This document shows, in pieces, positions 59,195 to 64,000 of a DNA stretch of 64,000 nucleotides. Under the pieces are notes generated by a model. The model saw only the letters and a list, made by a program, of their open reading frames with translations, ran no database searches and was not told the origin of the DNA. The stretch covers positions 2,528,001 through 2,592,000 of the forward strand of contig OZ242351.1 in NCBI GenBank assembly GCA_965208675.1. Direction: 5' to 3'. Position numbers and translations under genes: made by a program. This DNA comes from Candidatus Poribacteria bacterium (GTDB taxonomy: Bacteria; Poribacteria; WGA-4E; PCPOR2b). Positions within the stretch are counted from its first letter, which is position 1. Each line of letters begins with the position of its first letter.

Positions 59195-60193
59195 GTGACA
59201 AATCGAGCGCGAATCCTTTACACCCTCGGCAGCTTACTCCCAATCTCATTGTGCGTCGCCGCAGGAGTGGGAGCATACCAAATCCTTCCTTGGCGCATAC
59301 CTAGTGTCTTGCTATTCCGCGAAGACGGTTTTGATGTACTCATCTACGTCCGATTCCCCCGCGTCATCTTGTCCGCAATTGTCGGATCAGTCTTAGCCAT
59401 CTCCGGGGCGACGCTGCAAGGCATCTTCCGCAATCCGCTCGCAGATCCTGGACTAATTGGCGTAACTGCGGGAGCGGGTCTCGGCGCAGCGGTGTGGATT
59501 GTACTGATTGGGAGCGGGTTCTTTGGAATCTGGGGTGTGCCAATCGCGGCATTCGCCGGAGGCGTGATTGTAACGATTGCAGTCTGGAAAATCGCTCAAA
59601 CCCAAGGACAGGTTCTCACGGTAACCCTGTTACTCGCCGGGATAGCGCTCAACAGTTTCGCCGGGGCGGGCATCGGCATGATGACCTTCCTCGCTGACGA
59701 AGAACAGCTTCGGAGCCTTACCTTCTGGCTGCTCGGCGGATTTGGCGGGGCGACCTGGCGTGTGGTTGCGGTAACGCTTCCGGTGGCAACCGCAGGGGGA
59801 GTCGTGTTGTTTCGTTTGGCTCGCGCGCTTAACGCCATGAGCTTGGGCGAATCGGAAGCATATCATCTCGGGGTTTCGACCGAATCGCTGAAGCGATGGG
59901 CAGTCTTTGGCGTCGCACTGACTGCCGGTGCAGCCGTATCAGCCGCTGGCGGCATCGGTTTCGTAGGACTTGTCGTACCGCACCTGCTTCGCCTCATGGG
60001 CGGCGCCGACCATCGGTATGTGTTGCCCGGATCGGCGCTCGGCGGTGCGATACTGCTCGTATTGGCGGACCTGTTCGCGCGAACGGTTGCCATTCCCGCT
60101 GAACTGCCCGTTGGCGTAATCACCGCCTTGCTTGGGGGACCGTTTTTTCTCTGGCTATTGATGAGATTCAAAAAAGAGGTGGTATATGGTTGA
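59195..60193 (+). CDS. hmuU: Heme ABC transporter permease (FecCD family)
   Basis: RFPRV, FRNPLADPGLIG, GIGFVGLVVPH, ELPVGVIT. Confidence 0.92.
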   Translation: MTNRARILYTLGSLLPISLCVAAGVGAYQILPWRIPSVLLFREDGFDVLIYVRFPRVILSAIVGSVLAISGATLQGIFRNPLADPGLIGVTAGAGLGAAVWIVLIGSGFFGIWGVPIAAFAGGVIVTIAVWKIAQTQGQVLTVTLLLAGIALNSFAGAGIGMMTFLADEEQLRSLTFWLLGGFGGATWRVVAVTLPVATAGGVVLFRLARALNAMSLGESEAYHLGVSTESLKRWAVFGVALTAGAAVSAAGGIGFVGLVVPHLLRLMGGADHRYVLPGSALGGAILLVLADLFARTVAIPAELPVGVITALLGGPFFLWLLMRFKKEVVYG

Positions 60194-61013
60194 ACTGGTG
60201 GCAGTTGGATATCGGATCGGTCATAAGTGGATTGTCCGCGATATTGACCTGAAAATCGAAGCCGGTCAGTTTTGGATTTTCGTCGGACCGAATGGCGCGG
60301 GCAAGACAACGCTTTTGCGCCTCATCTCCGGCGAACTGCCGCCGACCACCGGGCGAATTACATTTTTCGGCGAATCAGCCTGTCAATACGCGCCGCGCGA
60401 ATTAGCGCGGAAACGCGCCTATCTCCAACAGAAACGAGATGTCAACTTCCCATTCCGAGCCTCCGAGATTGTCCTGCTTGGGCGCCATCCGCATCTCAAC
60501 GGCGCGAAAGAAAGCCCCGCAGATTTCGCCGTTGCTGAAGAAGCTATGAAAAAGGTACAATCCGAGATGTTCGCTGAACGCCTTTTTTATCCAACCCTTT
60601 CGGGCGGGGAAGCGTCTCGCGTCGATCTCGCCCGCATCCTCGCGCAAGAACCGGAACTCTTTCTCCTGGATGAACCGACGAATCATCTTGACCCGCGGCA
60701 TCAGGTACAAATCCTCCATTTGTGCCAGTCCATCGCGCAGTCGGGGAAATCGGTCATCGCCGCGGTTCATGACCTGAATTTGGCGTCAATGTATGCCGAG
60801 CACGTGCTCATGTTGCGGCAAGGGATCCCGATTGCGGTTGGACCTCCGGCGCTTGTTCTCACGCCGCAACTGTTGGAGGCCGCCTACGATGTACCGTTTG
60901 AAGTGAAGCGGCTTTCGAGCGGCAGGCTAGTGGTTTTACCGCTTCTCTCCGATTCCATACCTAAAACCGGCGCATTGAAGCCTGTGTCAAACTCACCTTC
61001 CCCTGAAGCATGA
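60186..61013 (+). CDS. hmuV: Heme ABC transporter ATP-binding protein
   Basis: GPNGAGKT, YPTLSGGE, LLDEPT, HDLNLA. Confidence 0.92.
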   Translation: MVELVAVGYRIGHKWIVRDIDLKIEAGQFWIFVGPNGAGKTTLLRLISGELPPTTGRITFFGESACQYAPRELARKRAYLQQKRDVNFPFRASEIVLLGRHPHLNGAKESPADFAVAEEAMKKVQSEMFAERLFYPTLSGGEASRVDLARILAQEPELFLLDEPTNHLDPRHQVQILHLCQSIAQSGKSVIAAVHDLNLASMYAEHVLMLRQGIPIAVGPPALVLTPQLLEAAYDVPFEVKRLSSGRLVVLPLLSDSIPKTGALKPVSNSPSPEA

Positions 61014-61073
61014 ATCATTAGAAGCAACGACTTCCGGCTAAGCGCAGCCCTCTGTCGGGCGCGCTTACACATT

Positions 61074-61655
61074 TTAATCGAAATACTCATCCTCCCTAAA
61101 CTTCGTCCACGAGTTGAACACGGGAAACGGTGATGGTAAGCTCTCATCAGGGTCGTTCAGTTTGAAGGATATCTTTTCGCTGTCGAAAACGTCCCTTACC
61201 GAAATAGAAATCCCCGACGTTTCTATACAATCGTCGCATCGAGTCGGCAGTATTCTCTCCGAACGCGGTTCAATGAAATACATCTTGATCTCGGAACCGT
61301 TCTCCTTCTGTTCAATGCGATACTTTTCTGCGCGGATCTCCCACTCGTTGATTGCGTGTTCGCCCTCCGAATATTGCGCCCAGAGACTAATTCCGTCAAA
61401 GAAATCCAGAATTACCGCTTTTCTCGGACTCGCATCTATGTCGTCCGGATCAAATTGGCGGAACGACCTATCTTTCAACGCCGCCTTTATCTCGTCTTCG
61501 TCCGATTCGCTAACCGGCAGAAATCTGCCTTCAAACCCGCACGACGATACGATAAGCAGCGCGAGTATGAGAATAATTGGTTTTAGGTGGGATTGTACAG
61601 TTACGATTGACACGATTACCTCCACTATATTTAAACATTTGCGAGAGCGAAACAT
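61074..61655 (-). CDS. Hypothetical lipoprotein
   Basis: Hydrophobic signal ending VSSC and a globular-looking body; true start probably near 61601. Confidence 0.6.
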   Translation of the reverse strand: MFRSRKCLNIVEVIVSIVTVQSHLKPIILILALLIVSSCGFEGRFLPVSESDEDEIKAALKDRSFRQFDPDDIDASPRKAVILDFFDGISLWAQYSEGEHAINEWEIRAEKYRIEQKENGSEIKMYFIEPRSERILPTRCDDCIETSGISISVRDVFDSEKISFKLNDPDESLPSPFPVFNSWTKFREDEYFD

Positions 61656-61838
61656 TTTCCGGCTTCAAGCGCTAGTGTACCACATGATAGGACAAGAATC
61701 AAACCGCTGCAATTCGTGCCGAACCGAATAAAAGCCTGTTTTTGTAGGTTGGAATCGACTACGTAAGTGGCGAAGGATAAACCGACCGAATAGGATCAAC
61801 TGAGCGAATAGCGAAGGCGATAGTCTTCTCCAGTCTTC

Positions 61839-62100
61839 GTAGGTTGGGTTAAGCGGAGCAAATGAAAGATGCGAAACATGTCGAGTGGATATTTGTATTA
61901 GAATTCGTTCAGGATTTTTTGTGATGCAGCGAACCCAACGTTTTTCGTTAATTTCGAGGCGTCCAGGTTTTCGGGCGACGTGGGGGTATCCAAAAAGCGT
62001 TGGGTTACGCGCCGTGCATCAGATTTTGTACGTCGTTAAGCTCTTGGCACGAAACGTAAAACCGTACATCATTTGGTAAAATTCGCTCAACCCAACCTAC
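61839..62100. repeat. Large REP/BIME-like inverted-repeat element
   Basis: GTAGGTTGGGTT..AACCCAACCTAC outer IR with inner AACCCAACG/CGTTGGGTT IR. Confidence 0.75.
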
Positions 62101-62114
62101 ACAATCTTAACCGT

Positions 62115-62160
62115 TTACGCATTACGCTTTACTCGTTACGCTTTACTCGTTACGCTTTAC
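62115..62160. repeat. Short 7-bp tandem repeat array (TTACGCT/TTACTCG)
   Basis: About six units seen directly. Confidence 0.7.
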
Positions 62161-62405
62161 CGTAGGAGCAATCTCCGTATCGCGGCACACATGCCCTTGA
62201 TCGCTCTACACAACCTACAATAGCCGATCATGAAAAAGCGCCGGCGGCTGCGACGTTTTTTACCCGATTGCACAAATTCGGCTTCGTGGATAGAAGTTTG
62301 ATAATACGCCGAGAAAAATGGTATGATAAATGAAAATTGATGATTCTTGTGTAGATTCTAATTTTCAATCTTTCACCACGCACCAATCGAAAGGGGATAT
62401 CCACT

Positions 62406-63911
62406 ATGAATCGTTCAATATTCAAATTCAGCGTGACATCAATCGCCGGGATTGTGGTGTTGTTGGTAACCTCCGTGTCGCTCGGCATCACGCCGAAAAT
62501 CCCAAGCACACTCTCTGGGCGTGTAGTTGATGTAGAAGGGAATCCGGTCGCCGGGTTTCCGCTAACCATGAAGCCCATAAAACTTGTCAACGGCTATGCT
62601 GTTGCGGCAAATAGCGGCCTTCCGATAATTTCTGTCGATACAACCGATGAAGCGGGACATTTCATTATCACCCCTGTAATGTCCGGCCCGGTTCAACTGA
62701 TTGGATCGTCTTCAGCGCCGCAGGAATCTCAGAAAAGTTATGAACTGCTATCAATGAAAATCGGCGCGATAACTGTCTATCCAACAGTCCTGTCGCACTC
62801 AAAGGGGATTAAGCTTTTGATTGAGCCGGGAACACATCTCGAAAACGTGAGAATCACGGTGCGGCCTCGTACTCGTTATCGCGGATTGGTCGTATCAAAG
62901 GATGGCACACTGTTTAAGAACGCGCAGATCGACCTCCACGTGCGAAGTGAATACAACAATGGGATGTCTAGTACAGAGACAAAAGGATCGTCAACGCGAA
63001 CGAATTCGGACGGTTACTTTGTGAGATACGTAGATGAGCCTAATTTCGAGGTCGCATCCTACAAGGTTTCGGTGAAATGTCAAGGGCTTTCGGCAACGTC
63101 CGAGTTTACCCTCAAAAGTGGAGAGCAGCGGGAAGATCTGGTCTTCACACTCCAAGAAACTTCCATGTTGATGCGGGGACGAATCGTATTTGAAGACGGC
63201 ACTGTACTTCCGAAAGCAATGTTCATGTTAGAGGTACGCAGTGGCGGTTCGGATAAAAGTTCTCTCCACCATTCAAGTCGCCGACCTGTGACCGATTATG
63301 CCGGTTACTTTATCGAATTTTTGCCTCAACCTGGAGTCTATGTCGCGTCCGTAGAATATCAAGGACTCTCTGCGGCATCGAAATTTACGGTCAAATCTGG
63401 GGCAGAGCGCAAAGACATGGTGTTCACACTCAACGACACACCAATTCGGGACATGATGGGATTGATGGCACCCACCGAACCGAACATGCTTGGCGTGTGG
63501 ATTGGGGCTCCCAATGAAAGCCTTTACAAAAGCATTCGTTGCAGCAGTTGGCAAGATGCCCAAACCAAAGCACGCACAGAAGGTGCACAACTCGTTTCAA
63601 TAAATGACAGTACCGAGCAGGAGTGGCTGGTCGAGCACTTTGGCTTTCATTCCTATTGGATTGGGTTGACCTATTCAGTTGAAGCGGGCGAATGGCAGTG
63701 GAACAGCGGAGAACCAGTTGTCTATACCAACTGGATGAGGAGTCAACCTGAGCATACAGAGGCTGATAGTTATGGTAGTATGGGCGGGAATTTACGTGGA
63801 CAGTGGCGCACACATGGACAGCTTGGAAGTGGAGCCTTAAGCGAATCCTCACCTAGAGTAGCGATCCTTGAAAAACGGATTGCCGGTACAGCGCCGTTGG
63901 GGGATAGGTAA
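62406..63911 (+). CDS. Secreted protein with repeated beta-sandwich (carboxypeptidase-regulatory-like) domains and a C-terminal C-type lectin domain
   Basis: SGRVVDVEGNPVAG; two repeats ending QGLSA.S.FT.KSG..R.D.VFTL; SWQDAQ..LVSIND..EQEWL..YWIGL..WQWNSGEPVVYTNW. Confidence 0.78.
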   Translation: MNRSIFKFSVTSIAGIVVLLVTSVSLGITPKIPSTLSGRVVDVEGNPVAGFPLTMKPIKLVNGYAVAANSGLPIISVDTTDEAGHFIITPVMSGPVQLIGSSSAPQESQKSYELLSMKIGAITVYPTVLSHSKGIKLLIEPGTHLENVRITVRPRTRYRGLVVSKDGTLFKNAQIDLHVRSEYNNGMSSTETKGSSTRTNSDGYFVRYVDEPNFEVASYKVSVKCQGLSATSEFTLKSGEQREDLVFTLQETSMLMRGRIVFEDGTVLPKAMFMLEVRSGGSDKSSLHHSSRRPVTDYAGYFIEFLPQPGVYVASVEYQGLSAASKFTVKSGAERKDMVFTLNDTPIRDMMGLMAPTEPNMLGVWIGAPNESLYKSIRCSSWQDAQTKARTEGAQLVSINDSTEQEWLVEHFGFHSYWIGLTYSVEAGEWQWNSGEPVVYTNWMRSQPEHTEADSYGSMGGNLRGQWRTHGQLGSGALSESSPRVAILEKRIAGTAPLGDR

Positions 63912-64000
63912 TTAAACATGAGATTCAAGTTACTGAAAGGATAACCCGCAGCAACCTAACAAAAGGAGGCAAGACGATGAACCCTTCGTACGGTAGAGCT

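Noticed and set aside
61114-61731. 205-aa plus-strand ORF
   Set aside because: Ser/Ile-rich antisense shadow of the minus-strand lipoprotein-like gene.

Overview
Bacterial window, genetic code 11. It probably comes from Candidatus Poribacteria (inference from the 'VEAKAKLVTTWARLK' C-terminal tail, the 'LLPNYPNPFNPETWIPY' C-terminal domain, ECF-sigma fusions and cadherin/lectin proteins). 1-8.4 kb is ordinary metabolism (P-type ATPase end, sugar epimerase, 2-hydroxyacid dehydrogenase, GT4, MurJ-like flippase, argG, Gfo/Idh/MocA). The main result is at 11.2-17.3 kb: a tandem array of bacterial homologues of animal selenoprotein N that the ORF track splits. Three genes read in frame through 'DESC-TGA-(G/A)(S/N)G', each TGA is followed by an equivalently placed SECIS-like hairpin, and a fourth copy survives as a remnant. 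Copy 3 sits on a 2.6-kb composite transposon made of two inverted 129-bp MITEs, inserted into copy 2 with a TTA duplication. The second main result is in the 22-kb iron/heme uptake region (39.3-61.0 kb): two TonB-receptor operons share a Fur-like box, a conserved structured 120-160 nt leader and a conserved antisense sigma70 promoter. The window also holds an ECF-propeller fusion with nested domain insertions, a frameshifted ECF-FGE fusion, a YidD/TPR cluster, a 2533-aa protease/cadherin/repeat protein, an IS3 element, an IS630 remnant and several MITE/REP-like repeats. No rRNA, tRNA or CRISPR array was seen. All family assignments come from motif recognition by eye; no database search was run.
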